A stretch of DNA of 64,000 nucleotides from the NCBI GenBank assembly GCA_944336125.1, contig CALVLA010000004.1:12784-76783 (forward strand). The letters are read 5' to 3'. Below, one piece after another: positions 30,501 through 38,455 of this stretch. The DNA comes from an uncultured Clostridia bacterium. GTDB taxonomy: Bacteria; Bacillota; Clostridia; Christensenellales; CAG-314. A model generated the notes under the pieces. That model made no database searches. It was not told the origin of the DNA and was given only the letters and a program-made list of their open reading frames with translations. Every line of letters starts with the position of its first letter. The first letter of the stretch is position 1. Made by a program: the position numbers and the translations under genes.

Positions 30501-31716
30501 TAAGAAATTTTTTGAGCGCTTTTTTAAAATCATCAACACCGCATTTTTTTACATTTACCTTTTTTTTGTCAATTTTGGTATATCCGATATAATTTGCGTA
30601 GTTTACTGCAATTTTTTTCGCATTATCTCCCGAAAGCGCGGTTTCAAACACGAGTTTATATGTTTCTTTCGGATAATATTTTTTTATCGTTTCTTTAAGC
30701 CACTTTAAATCGCTTTTATGCTTGTTGAAAAAATTTTCTATCATCGCGTCAGACAACAAGCCGTCACCGCATATTCGTTGAAACGACAAGTTTTTGTACA
30801 GCTCAAAAGCAGTAAGCAAAAGCGCAAAATATTCCCCTGTTTTTTCCTCTTCTGCCAAAATCGTTTCGTCCGTTACCTTTTCAAAACAAATTGAATCCTT
30901 TTTGTCGGCAACAGGACCGAATAAACTATTATACCTGACAGTGTTTCCCATCAGTAACTCCACATACGAAGTCATGCTGACAAAATCGCTTATGTCGGTT
31001 TTTTCTTTTTTGGGCTTTTCTGCTTTGCGCACTCCAAAAAGACTCAAGGCCTGACTAACCTTTTCTTTTTTGTTTAGCCGCCTGTTTTTAAAAATTTCCG
31101 CAAATGCATCGGAATATTTCAAATCAAAGTAAACGTCGCTGTCAGGCAACATGTCCTCACACTGATCGTTCAACTTTGAAATAAGATTTTGAAAAATCGC
31201 TTTGTTGCCCTGATTAACGTCTATCGGAGTGTCATCCAAAAAATGTCCTCTGTATTTGATTATGTGGTGCAACGCCATGTAATAAAGGCGCAAATCATAT
31301 TTTTCTTCTCCGCTTGTCAGCGCCTTTCTTAAATGAAAAATCGTAGGAAACTGTTTGTAAAAATCTTTGTCGCAAAAATCCTTATCGGCAAACAACGAGT
31401 TTTTTCCGCGCACCTCATAATCCTTGTCTTCCGCATAAAATCCGCTATTGTTGAGTCGCATAAAAAAGTTTGCGTCTTTTTCGCTAATAAACGGCATAAA
31501 AATTTCCTGCAACAGGTCTATGCGGCAAGCTCTCCTTGCAAGTCTGCGCCGTGCTGTTCTTGCAGCCCTTCTTTGCGATGCGGGCTTCGCCTCATCAAAT
31601 AAGCGTGTCGCCCACAAATCTTTTCCTTTTGCATGTAAAAGGCGATATTGTTCATCTGTGCAGGCAATGCCGACAGAACTTGTTCCGACATCGAGCCCCA
31701 AATAAAAACTTTTCAT
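27589..31716 (-). CDS. cas9: Type II-A Cas9 (1375 aa), catalytic residues intact
   Basis: RuvC-I LGLDVGTSSVG; Arg-rich bridge helix; RuvC-II FIETAR; HNH DIDHIVPQS..DNRVLV..N; RuvC-III HHARDAYL. Confidence 0.98.
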   Translation of the reverse strand: MKSFYLGLDVGTSSVGIACTDEQYRLLHAKGKDLWATRLFDEAKPASQRRAARTARRRLARRACRIDLLQEIFMPFISEKDANFFMRLNNSGFYAEDKDYEVRGKNSLFADKDFCDKDFYKQFPTIFHLRKALTSGEEKYDLRLYYMALHHIIKYRGHFLDDTPIDVNQGNKAIFQNLISKLNDQCEDMLPDSDVYFDLKYSDAFAEIFKNRRLNKKEKVSQALSLFGVRKAEKPKKEKTDISDFVSMTSYVELLMGNTVRYNSLFGPVADKKDSICFEKVTDETILAEEEKTGEYFALLLTAFELYKNLSFQRICGDGLLSDAMIENFFNKHKSDLKWLKETIKKYYPKETYKLVFETALSGDNAKKIAVNYANYIGYTKIDKKKVNVKKCGVDDFKKALKKFLTDIKPDNFPQKEFDLMFERIGADDFLPKISKADNGTFPHQANGVELKLILQQLGKQYPQFAEKGIDGLSAIDKIEALFLFRIPYYVGPLVEKSKYSNLVRKEGETGRITPWTFDKIVDKHLSNEKFIRKMTNKCTYLYSCDVLPKCSLLYQEFMLLNQINNLTIDSVPISVVCKQKLFDELFKANKKVTNIQIKKFLVNNGFCKKDEVAQIVLGGINENCVSSLTSYVELSKILGRDFVDNNRALCEDIILRHTLHTDKKLVADYLADKYGDIPEIKNNVKALCRLTCFKEFGRLSKEFLLLAGINKTTGEHCTLIGEMYNTNQNMMSLIYSDRYTFKDELSKANDTLKSDIDIEDLEKMGLAPYARRSVWQALRMVDEYVSAVGKTPDKIFIETARKKTGNHKQTPSRRKQLEEIYAAIKDLDSIRDLTLQLVGNGANDSGKEDFELRQDKLYLYFLQLGKCAYTGEQIDLARLNTKAYDIDHIVPQSLTKDDSIDNRVLVIREVNDAKKNFYPVPQKFRQEKLWDVLKEKGLMSPKKYALLTRKTPLTDDDLRGFVQRQMTSTNQSTKILKDILEAKYPDSQVVFSKASWVVEFKQKYDIVKCRETNDFHHARDAYLNIVAGNVNKTNYDKMRFVNDGLGVAETNNYFKKLYEFGIENAWDSKNSITTVKNTLSKTTMCVTRYTKTTTGEFYDATVYAKNDGAVTAPRKNKGPYKDTSKYGGFKSQNTAYFAVVQSIDAKGKKQKTIEQVPVLAEYSIKGDVVTLQKYFESVGFDKPEILVAKIKPRTVVKIGKTPCTIRGITGQQISFVPEIQWRTTPDQDRYVNALLKLVSMFDKKDDPFKESYPIRQSTEGITLQVDRNGNEKLFKTIEEQMSKDIYGGVTGVKNALETLRSNESNFMALSVLSQAKCLLGCVAYLAGKSDTVDLSLMGGSKHAGKCLISKNITDKSLRIVHMSPCGLKQREVIV

Positions 31717-31735
31717 GCATTTTCTCCTTACAATG

Positions 31736-31764
31736 TTGACTTTTTACTTTTTTAGCGTTAAAAT
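31736..31764 (+). promoter_or_regulatory. tracrRNA promoter
   Basis: TTGACT-17 nt-TAAAAT. Confidence 0.75.
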
Positions 31765-31768
31765 TTTA

Positions 31769-31855
31769 TTACAAAATAACTCGACAAGTTCAAATAAAAT
31801 TTATCTGACCATTTGTTCGCACGTTGCGACGACTCCCTTTTGGGAGTTTTTCTTT
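31769..31855 (+). ncRNA. tracrRNA
   Basis: Anti-repeat TTACAAAATAAC-TCGACAAG-TTCAAAT pairs with the repeat GTTTGAG..GTTATTTTGTAA; terminator ACTCCC-TTTT-GGGAGT plus T-run. Confidence 0.88.
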
Positions 31856-31856
31856 T

Positions 31857-31885
31857 ATTATAATCAATCGAGACTACCTTTTCAA
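31857..31885 (-). promoter_or_regulatory. Putative cas9 operon promoter pointing back through tracrRNA
   Basis: Minus strand TTGAAA-17 nt-TATAAT. Confidence 0.65.
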
Positions 31886-31917
31886 TATCCAGTTCACAAA
31901 AGAACGGCGTATTGCTC

Positions 31918-31957
31918 AAAAATGCACCCCCGACATGTTGGTCGGGGGTGCATTTTT
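31918..31957. terminator. Strong hairpin terminator downstream of the antiporter fragment
   Basis: AAAAATGCACCCCCGAC-ATGTTG-GTCGGGGGTGCATTTTT. Confidence 0.8.
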
Positions 31958-31973
31958 GATTAACTCAATTCAG

Positions 31974-32849
31974 TCAGCTTTCTTTAATAATTTTGCTCTT
32001 AAAAAGCAAGTGCTTGAAACTCAAATCGGTGGCAAAGGCTCCCAGCGGCGCAGTTATCAAAATGGAAAGCCCTGCACATGTCAAAATTATTTCTCCGCCG
32101 GCAAGCCCTACCGAAAGAGGAATTGCCCCTATGGCAGCCTGAACAGTAGCTTTTGGTAGATATGCTATCGCGCAAAACAATTTTTCCTTAAAATTAAAGG
32201 TTGTTTTCAACAGGCTTGCAAATACTCCCAGCACTCGGAAAAGCAAAGCGATAAGCATAACCGCAATCACAGGTCCCGCATTTGCGGCGGCATACGAAAC
32301 GTCCACCTCGGCCCCGACAAGCACAAAAAGCAATAGCTCGGCAAAAACCCACAATTTTTCGTATTTGTAAGAAATTCTTTTTGCTCTCACCACGTCTTTT
32401 GCCCTGAACATCGCACCCAAAGCGACAACGGCAATAAGCCCCGAAAACGGAAATATGTTTTTTGCAAATTCTTCCAACGCCACAAGCAAAAAGGAAACGG
32501 AAAGTAACAGTATAATTTTTACGGTATCTCTCATATGAAACCGTTTGAAAAACATTGCAAACGCAAGTCCCAAAACAGCCCCCGCCGCTATGCCTGAAAT
32601 GATGGACAAAGGCACGGTCCACACAATGTTAAAATCAAAATTTCCCGTTGATGACATAGTGAGCAATGCCGAAAAAACAACGATTACAAACACGTCGTCG
32701 GATGAGCTTGCCACAAGCATTTGCGGTATCCCTTTATCCGCACCATATCCCTCGTCGGAAATTTTTATCATTCGAGGCACTACTACTGCGGGAGAAACCG
32801 CTGCCATAACCGCACCCATTACGGCGCAATCCAATAAAGAAAGTCCCAA
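31974..32849 (-). pseudogene. 5'-truncated cation:proton antiporter (middle and C-terminal part)
   Basis: AAVSPAVVVPRM, DDVFVI, LFVLVGA and PKATVQAAIG motifs; begins mid-protein at GLSLLD next to a terminator, with no RBS. Confidence 0.75.
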
Positions 32850-32884
32850 TAACGTCGGGACTTTTTATTATGCATTATTTTAAA

Positions 32885-33382
32885 TTAAACATTTTCTCTT
32901 GCCGCATTACGGCTCAAATAAAAGCCGACGCCTGTTAAAACAAGACTGGCAAAGCAAACAACGGCAACAGGCAAATAATACAAAAAAGGCGAAAACGCGA
33001 GATAAACGCAAAACGCAGTCACGACAAAGTCGGCAACAAGCCCCACGGTTAAAAACACGTTAAACTTTTTGCGGTTTGCCGCAAAATCATTTTTCAAAAG
33101 ATATTTTTTTCTTTTGCATGCCGAAACAATCAAAAACACTCCGACTACCAATCCGACAGCACAGATTATCACAAAAATCGTAATCAATACCACGACGGCA
33201 AGCGCCGAACCCAAAGCAACACCGAATGCCTGCACTATGTTTTCGCTTGTTTGCCCAGCATCGCTCAAAGCGTACTGCGGGAAAATCACGCAGGCAAAAA
33301 TTAAAAAATAAATCATGGCTGCGATAAGAGCCGCGGCACCCGCAATATCAAAAACGAAGGCTTTTTTTATTTTGTTTTCCAT
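32885..33382 (-). CDS. Hypothetical membrane protein (about 4 TM)
   Basis: GGAGGTG RBS before MENKIKK; alternating hydrophobic segments. Confidence 0.7.
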   Translation of the reverse strand: MENKIKKAFVFDIAGAAALIAAMIYFLIFACVIFPQYALSDAGQTSENIVQAFGVALGSALAVVVLITIFVIICAVGLVVGVFLIVSACKRKKYLLKNDFAANRKKFNVFLTVGLVADFVVTAFCVYLAFSPFLYYLPVAVVCFASLVLTGVGFYLSRNAARENV

Positions 33383-33463
33383 TTTACACCTCCGCACACA
33401 CCGCATAGGTACTTTTCTTTTTTAAAGAAAGCATTGCAGAGCGGTTTTTTATTTAATTATACC

Positions 33464-33774
33464 TTAGGCAGGTTTATTGTCAATATCGCTTTTCGAAAGC
33501 AAGTGCTTGAAACTCAAATCGGTGGCAAAGGCTCCCAGCGGCGCAGTTGTCAAAATGGAAAGCCCGCCCCTGTCAAAATTACAATAAGTGCCGCCTGACG
33601 AAGGTCTGTGGAAATATTCAAAATATCAGGTGATATCAGGTTTAAAGCGCAAGGTCCTAAAACAATGCCAACGATAAGCATGCCTAAAAGTGGAGGCAGC
33701 TTTAAAAGACAGGCAATTTTTCCGAAAAGCAAAGCGCAAAGAAAAATCACGGCAAACGAAGTTAAAAAAGACAT
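33464..33774 (-). pseudogene. Internally deleted cation:proton antiporter (N-terminus fused out of frame to the C-terminal tail)
   Basis: MSFLTS..LKLPPLLGMLIVGIVLGP..LRQAALIVILT joins at AGLS to a near-copy of the C-tail at 32003-32072, shifted by one base. Confidence 0.8.
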
Positions 33775-33922
33775 AATCACTCCTTTCAGGGCAGCAAAAA
33801 AGCCGATGAGCCCTGCATTTGAATTTGCAGAAGTCATCAGCTTAAAAAGCGGTTTAAGGTTTCCCTAAGGAAGAACTTCATTTCCGTCAACGATTATAAT
33901 TCATAAAAGTTAAACAGTCAAC

Positions 33923-34441
33923 TCAGTGCGAATAAATCGATGAAACAATCATTTCCGCAAGTGTATCCACCGATTCGCCACAGCCGTCGTCAAGCCATTT
34001 CATCGATACGTTAAAAAGCATGCCCGAATAAATGTACGGCTTGTATATATTCTCGTCGGGATAATCGTTTTCAAAAAGGCCAACAAAATTTTTGTTTAAA
34101 TAATCAAGGTAAATATATTCCAGCTTAGCCTTTCGGATAAGTCTGAAAGGCTCTATTTGCTTTTTGAACATCTTCAAAATATTTTTTACCAGATTTATGT
34201 AATCCTCACGGCAACGCGGGCAATAACGCTGAGTAAAAACAAATTCTTTGGTGTAATGCTCAAAGTAGTAAATTATTACGTCCTCTTTGCTTTTGAAATA
34301 TCTGTAAAAAGTAGCCCTTCCTACACCTGCCTTGGCAACGATGTCGGTAACGTTTATTTTTTCAAACTCATACTCGCTCATAAGCTTGAACAAAGCCTGC
34401 GTAATGTACCAACGAGAATACTCTTCCTGCGTAAATGCCAT
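33923..34441 (-). CDS. TetR/AcrR family regulator
   Basis: HTH VTDIVAKAGVGRATFYRYF; start follows a GGAGG RBS. Confidence 0.92.
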   Translation of the reverse strand: MAFTQEEYSRWYITQALFKLMSEYEFEKINVTDIVAKAGVGRATFYRYFKSKEDVIIYYFEHYTKEFVFTQRYCPRCREDYINLVKNILKMFKKQIEPFRLIRKAKLEYIYLDYLNKNFVGLFENDYPDENIYKPYIYSGMLFNVSMKWLDDGCGESVDTLAEMIVSSIYSH

Positions 34442-34539
34442 GATACACTTGCCTCCTTTTTGTCTTATTTTAAAAAACACAATTCTAAATTTGTCTCAAA
34501 GCCGTTTTTTTCGTTTGATCCGCAAAACTTTTTTCTATA

Positions 34540-34555
34540 TGATACACATGTCTCA
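34540..34555. promoter_or_regulatory. Putative TetR operator in the divergent promoter region
   Basis: Imperfect palindrome TGATACA-CA-TGTCTCA. Confidence 0.5.
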
Positions 34556-34610
34556 CAGATAAGTCAACGACAGCTGACGAAACGGAGAAAAAACAAAAAG
34601 GAGAAAAAAT

Positions 34611-35147
34611 ATGCAAAACAAGGATTTTATTTGTTACGAATACAAAACGGTATCGGCAAAACCAAAAGACCAGACAAAAGTAGCCGACATGTACGAAGCT
34701 TTCGGATGGGAAATTACCGACGCTTCTTTAAACGCGACGGGAACTGTCACCCTTTCGCTTAAAAGAGATCGCAAGCAAAAACACAAGCAGGAACTGACAA
34801 AACTTGAACGGCAAGCGGAATCGACTTTTGAAGTCATTGAAAAATTAAATTCATCAAAAACAAGAGGCGCTCAAATTTTTTCCATGATTTTCGGAGTAAT
34901 TGCCACGCTTGTTTTCGGAGGCGGACTTTCTATTACGCTTGCAACGCCGCAAAGCACGGTACCGCTGGTAATCGGAATAATTTTAGGAGTAATTGGCATT
35001 GCATTGTGCGGAGTAAATTATATACTTTACAAAAAAATAGCCGACAAAAAGACAAAACAGCTGCTCCCTATCATAGATGACAACGAGGAAAAACTTGCAA
35101 ATTTGCTTGAAAAAGGAAACGATTTGCTTAAAGCGGAAATAATTTAA
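34611..35147 (+). CDS. Hypothetical protein with 2 C-terminal TM helices
   Basis: AAGGAG RBS; soluble N-terminus (YEAFGWE) and two hydrophobic helices. Confidence 0.75.
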   Translation: MQNKDFICYEYKTVSAKPKDQTKVADMYEAFGWEITDASLNATGTVTLSLKRDRKQKHKQELTKLERQAESTFEVIEKLNSSKTRGAQIFSMIFGVIATLVFGGGLSITLATPQSTVPLVIGIILGVIGIALCGVNYILYKKIADKKTKQLLPIIDDNEEKLANLLEKGNDLLKAEII

Positions 35148-35149
35148 AG

Positions 35150-35839
35150 ATGAGACAATACGAAAGAACCGATATAAAACTGCTGACAAAACTGAAAAAA
35201 AATTATGAGTACCGCACTTTTTTCATGTCGGTTCTTTCCTCTGCGTCGGCATTGCTTTTTGCTTTATTCAACTTTTATCTCGAAACACTTTATGAAACAG
35301 GGTGGAACACGAGAATAGGAATATATTACTGCCTGCTAGTACTGTCAAAAAGCATAGTTGTTTTAAGCGAAAAAAGCTGGGCAACAAAACAACTTGATGA
35401 AAATCAAAAACAAAAAAAACGCGAAAGGATGCTTCTCAGGCAAAGCATACTGCTGTTTGCAGTCGACTTGTCTTTGGTTGCTCCGCTTGCGCTCATGATA
35501 TTTCAAAAAAGGCATATCGAATATACCGAAATTTCGGCAATAGCCGTTGCGGCATATACCTGCTATAAAACGGTCATGGCATCGATAAACTTTGTTAAAA
35601 CGAGAAAAAGCCGAAACCTAAGCGTAAAAATCATAAGACAAATTCACTTTAAGGATGCCTTGGTATCAGTACTTATGTTGCAATACGTATTGACCCTGAC
35701 TTTCGGAAACGGACTTGACGGCAAAATGCTTCGCGTTTGCGAAATCACAAGCGGCCTGATGTGGCTTGCCTTGATAACCGTATCTGCCCTTTCACTGTTG
35801 AAAGCCCTGAAATATCTCAAAATATCAAAACAAAACTAA
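35150..35839 (+). CDS. Hypothetical integral membrane protein (about 6 TM)
   Basis: Starts 2 nt after the previous stop; hydrophobic segments; followed by terminator AAAAGTCCATTG..CAATGGACTTTTT. Confidence 0.7.
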   Translation: MRQYERTDIKLLTKLKKNYEYRTFFMSVLSSASALLFALFNFYLETLYETGWNTRIGIYYCLLVLSKSIVVLSEKSWATKQLDENQKQKKRERMLLRQSILLFAVDLSLVAPLALMIFQKRHIEYTEISAIAVAAYTCYKTVMASINFVKTRKSRNLSVKIIRQIHFKDALVSVLMLQYVLTLTFGNGLDGKMLRVCEITSGLMWLALITVSALSLLKALKYLKISKQN

Positions 35840-35978
35840 AAGTCCATTGTCTTAGCAATGGACTTTTTAACTAAAAAGTGGCGATACACTTTTACGTTAA
35901 AATCGCATCGTTCTACCGACTAAGCCACGTCAACGCGCTTAAAAAAACCAAGCAAAGGCGTTGTCTTTGCTTGGTTTT

Positions 35979-36053
35979 TGGTGAGCAATAAGGGATTCGA
36001 ACCCCTGACTTCTTCCATGTGAAGGAAGCACTCTCCCGCTGAGTTAATTGCCC
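35979..36053 (-). tRNA. tRNA-Val (CAC)
   Basis: GGGCAATTAACTCAGCGGGAGAGTGCTTCC-TTCACAT-GGAAGAAGTCAGGGGTTCGAATCCCTTATTGCTCACCA; CCA encoded. Confidence 0.96.
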
Positions 36054-36169
36054 TTGTGGTGGAACTGAAAGCCACAAAAACGCACACAGTATTATATCAG
36101 ATAAACAGAACTGAATACTATTGCCAAGTCGATTTACCGCTTTCGGACTATCCGCTATACGGCAAACAA

Positions 36170-36355
36170 TTAGTCGCAAGCCGGAGCTAATGCCTTGCCG
36201 TTGGCTTGCTCCGCGCAAACGGCTGTCATTGCATCTTTATAGATACGCTTTGACAGCCGTTTTGACTGTTCTTTGTCTAATGGTAATTTTGCATACTTGT
36301 TTTTATTCTTGTTTGTAAAATAAATTACAGATAAACCATTAAATATTTTTTCCAT
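36170..36355 (-). CDS. Small hypothetical ORF (61 aa), possible remnant at the island edge
   Basis: Starts 7 nt after the thsA stop; no recognised motif. Confidence 0.3.
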   Translation of the reverse strand: MEKIFNGLSVIYFTNKNKNKYAKLPLDKEQSKRLSKRIYKDAMTAVCAEQANGKALAPACD

Positions 36356-36361
36356 AATCTT

Positions 36362-37801
36362 TTATGAACAATAATTTGAAATTATTCTTTGAATGGATTC
36401 ATAAATCTTATAATAAGAGGTCCATTCTTGATTTAAGAGATCAAAATCAGCTTCCTTGTAGCCTTTATCGGGACAATTCTTCATCTCTTCCCAAACTATC
36501 TTTGCCGCTCCACCGCTTACACCAATTGGAATAATTAAATTTCCTTGATTTTGAGATATTTTAACCTCCTCAATTACACCAGGAGAAGGGATTAAATTCC
36601 CTTTGTCATCTTTTTGTTCTCCACAAATTACTACTGTAATTTGAGTAGGTGCTATCATATTCTCTCTTAATCTAGTGTGTAATTTTACCCTTTCATCAGG
36701 GGGCAATTTTACATTGTATGGAAAAGGGAACAATGAAACATGTTTATTAAAATCTTTTCCCTCTCCTAATGTGCAACCATCAAATGCACCTTTTACAATG
36801 TGACCGCCAAAATTTTTTCCAAATCCCGAAAAAATTTTAAATCCACGTTCAACAAGCCAGGTTGCCAAAGTCGTTCCTAATTGAGCAATTTTATCTTTAT
36901 TGACGGTTTCATCTTCATATGCACCGCAAATAAAAACATTTTTCATATATACTCTGCGTTTAATTTCAGATAAAATATCATTAATTTCAGGATAATCATC
37001 AACCAATATAACATTCACCCCATAATTCTTGAAGTCAAGAATTTGATGATTTTGCTTTATGAGTTTATACTCATAATCTTTTGTTTTTTTACCATTCTCT
37101 CTTTTAGTAACTCTTTTCATAATGCAATAATGCTGCTTTGCATGCTTATCAAATACTTTTCTAATTCGTGCAAGTATATGATGAATATTTGGGTCACTAA
37201 AACTATATCCCAAAAATAAAAATGTTTTTGAACACATTTCACCTTTAAATTTAGCAAGCATCATTTCATGTGTATCGTCATATTTTTCATAATCCTCTTT
37301 AGCTATTATGGCAGAATTTGGGTTTTCTACATCTCCATGCATTTTGTGAAGAATTATTTGAGCATTATCCGTGGAAATAGATAGATTTTCATCAGAAAAA
37401 TGTGCCCGACAGGAAACACCTCTTAATTCAAAAGTTTTTTCAATTAATCTATCGTAATTTGTTGTCCAATAACTTCTTATTGGCAAAGCGGATAGCAACA
37501 TGTGCGTGTGTGTAGGGTTAATATCTTTTCTAGGCGCAAAAAAATTTCTGATTGATTCATTTATTTGCGTCCTTTGTCTTTTATTATTAAGATAATATTG
37601 AGCCAAAGATATCAAGTCACTATTTTCTTTATCAACATCTAAACCTATTTCAACTGCTTTATCTCTCAATAAATCTGTCCAACCAAGATAACCAGCTTCT
37701 CTCGAAAGCCCTGCACCAATAAATACTGCCGCATCTCCTGATAAAACAGATTGCGTGTAATTCCGAATAAAATTTTCTGTTTCCATTGCAAATTTTTTCA
37801 T
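36362..37801 (-). CDS. thsA: Thoeris effector ThsA (SIR2 NADase plus SLOG-type domain)
   Basis: AAVFIGAGLS..GW..EIGLDVDKE..DLISLAQYY, WTTNYD, KMHGD and LFLGYSFSDPN motifs; C-terminal SGFG.., GV.EE, IIPIG..GGAA. Confidence 0.9.
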   Translation of the reverse strand: MKKFAMETENFIRNYTQSVLSGDAAVFIGAGLSREAGYLGWTDLLRDKAVEIGLDVDKENSDLISLAQYYLNNKRQRTQINESIRNFFAPRKDINPTHTHMLLSALPIRSYWTTNYDRLIEKTFELRGVSCRAHFSDENLSISTDNAQIILHKMHGDVENPNSAIIAKEDYEKYDDTHEMMLAKFKGEMCSKTFLFLGYSFSDPNIHHILARIRKVFDKHAKQHYCIMKRVTKRENGKKTKDYEYKLIKQNHQILDFKNYGVNVILVDDYPEINDILSEIKRRVYMKNVFICGAYEDETVNKDKIAQLGTTLATWLVERGFKIFSGFGKNFGGHIVKGAFDGCTLGEGKDFNKHVSLFPFPYNVKLPPDERVKLHTRLRENMIAPTQITVVICGEQKDDKGNLIPSPGVIEEVKISQNQGNLIIPIGVSGGAAKIVWEEMKNCPDKGYKEADFDLLNQEWTSYYKIYESIQRIISNYCS

Positions 37802-38445
37802 GAATTTTTTCTCCTTAGCGGCGCAGAATGATCGTAACAATTAGTTTCGCGACGCTTAAAAGCATTATCAATTAATAATTTAATAGCATTTGTGTCATTA
37901 CATATATTATTCCAATTTGCTACGGATATAGTTACATCCTCCTTAGTCATATTGGTTAAAATACGCTCGGGCATATATGGATAGCTTTTTCTTAAATCTG
38001 AAATTTCTTTTGAGGCTGGCACCCACTTAATATTGGGTCCCATTGCTTCTTCTTCATCTTTCCCATAAGCAAGCATTTTACTGCTATTTGATATCGAAGG
38101 TAGATTTATGACTAAAATACCCATTTTGGGGTTTGTTTCGCTATCATACATTGCAGCGTGAATTTCCCAATCTATATGTTTTCTTTTTTTGGTATTTACC
38201 CCACATAGAAGTATTAAAACAGTTGCATTTTTTATGTAATTATCTCTAATTTCACAACGAATTTGTTCATCAGTCATACCTGTATCATCTATTTCATCTT
38301 CATGTACAGAGTAGTCATCAAAAATGCTAATATATTGCATTTTTTCATAATCATACTCTTGCATGTTTATTAAAATATCCTTATAATATTGATCATCATT
38401 GTGATAGTAACTAATAAAAACTCTATGACGGTTAATGTTTGACAT
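37798..38445 (-). CDS. thsB: Thoeris TIR-domain sensor ThsB
   Basis: HRVFISYYH, TVLILLCG and KHIDWEI (catalytic Glu); ATGA overlap with thsA. Confidence 0.85.
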   Translation of the reverse strand: MSNINRHRVFISYYHNDDQYYKDILINMQEYDYEKMQYISIFDDYSVHEDEIDDTGMTDEQIRCEIRDNYIKNATVLILLCGVNTKKRKHIDWEIHAAMYDSETNPKMGILVINLPSISNSSKMLAYGKDEEEAMGPNIKWVPASKEISDLRKSYPYMPERILTNMTKEDVTISVANWNNICNDTNAIKLLIDNAFKRRETNCYDHSAPLRRKNS

Positions 38446-38455
38446 ATCATCCTCC

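Noticed and set aside
36057-36063. TGGTGGA as an attR copy of the ssrA 3' end
   Set aside because: Seven bp is too short, and it sits in the tRNA leader hairpin.
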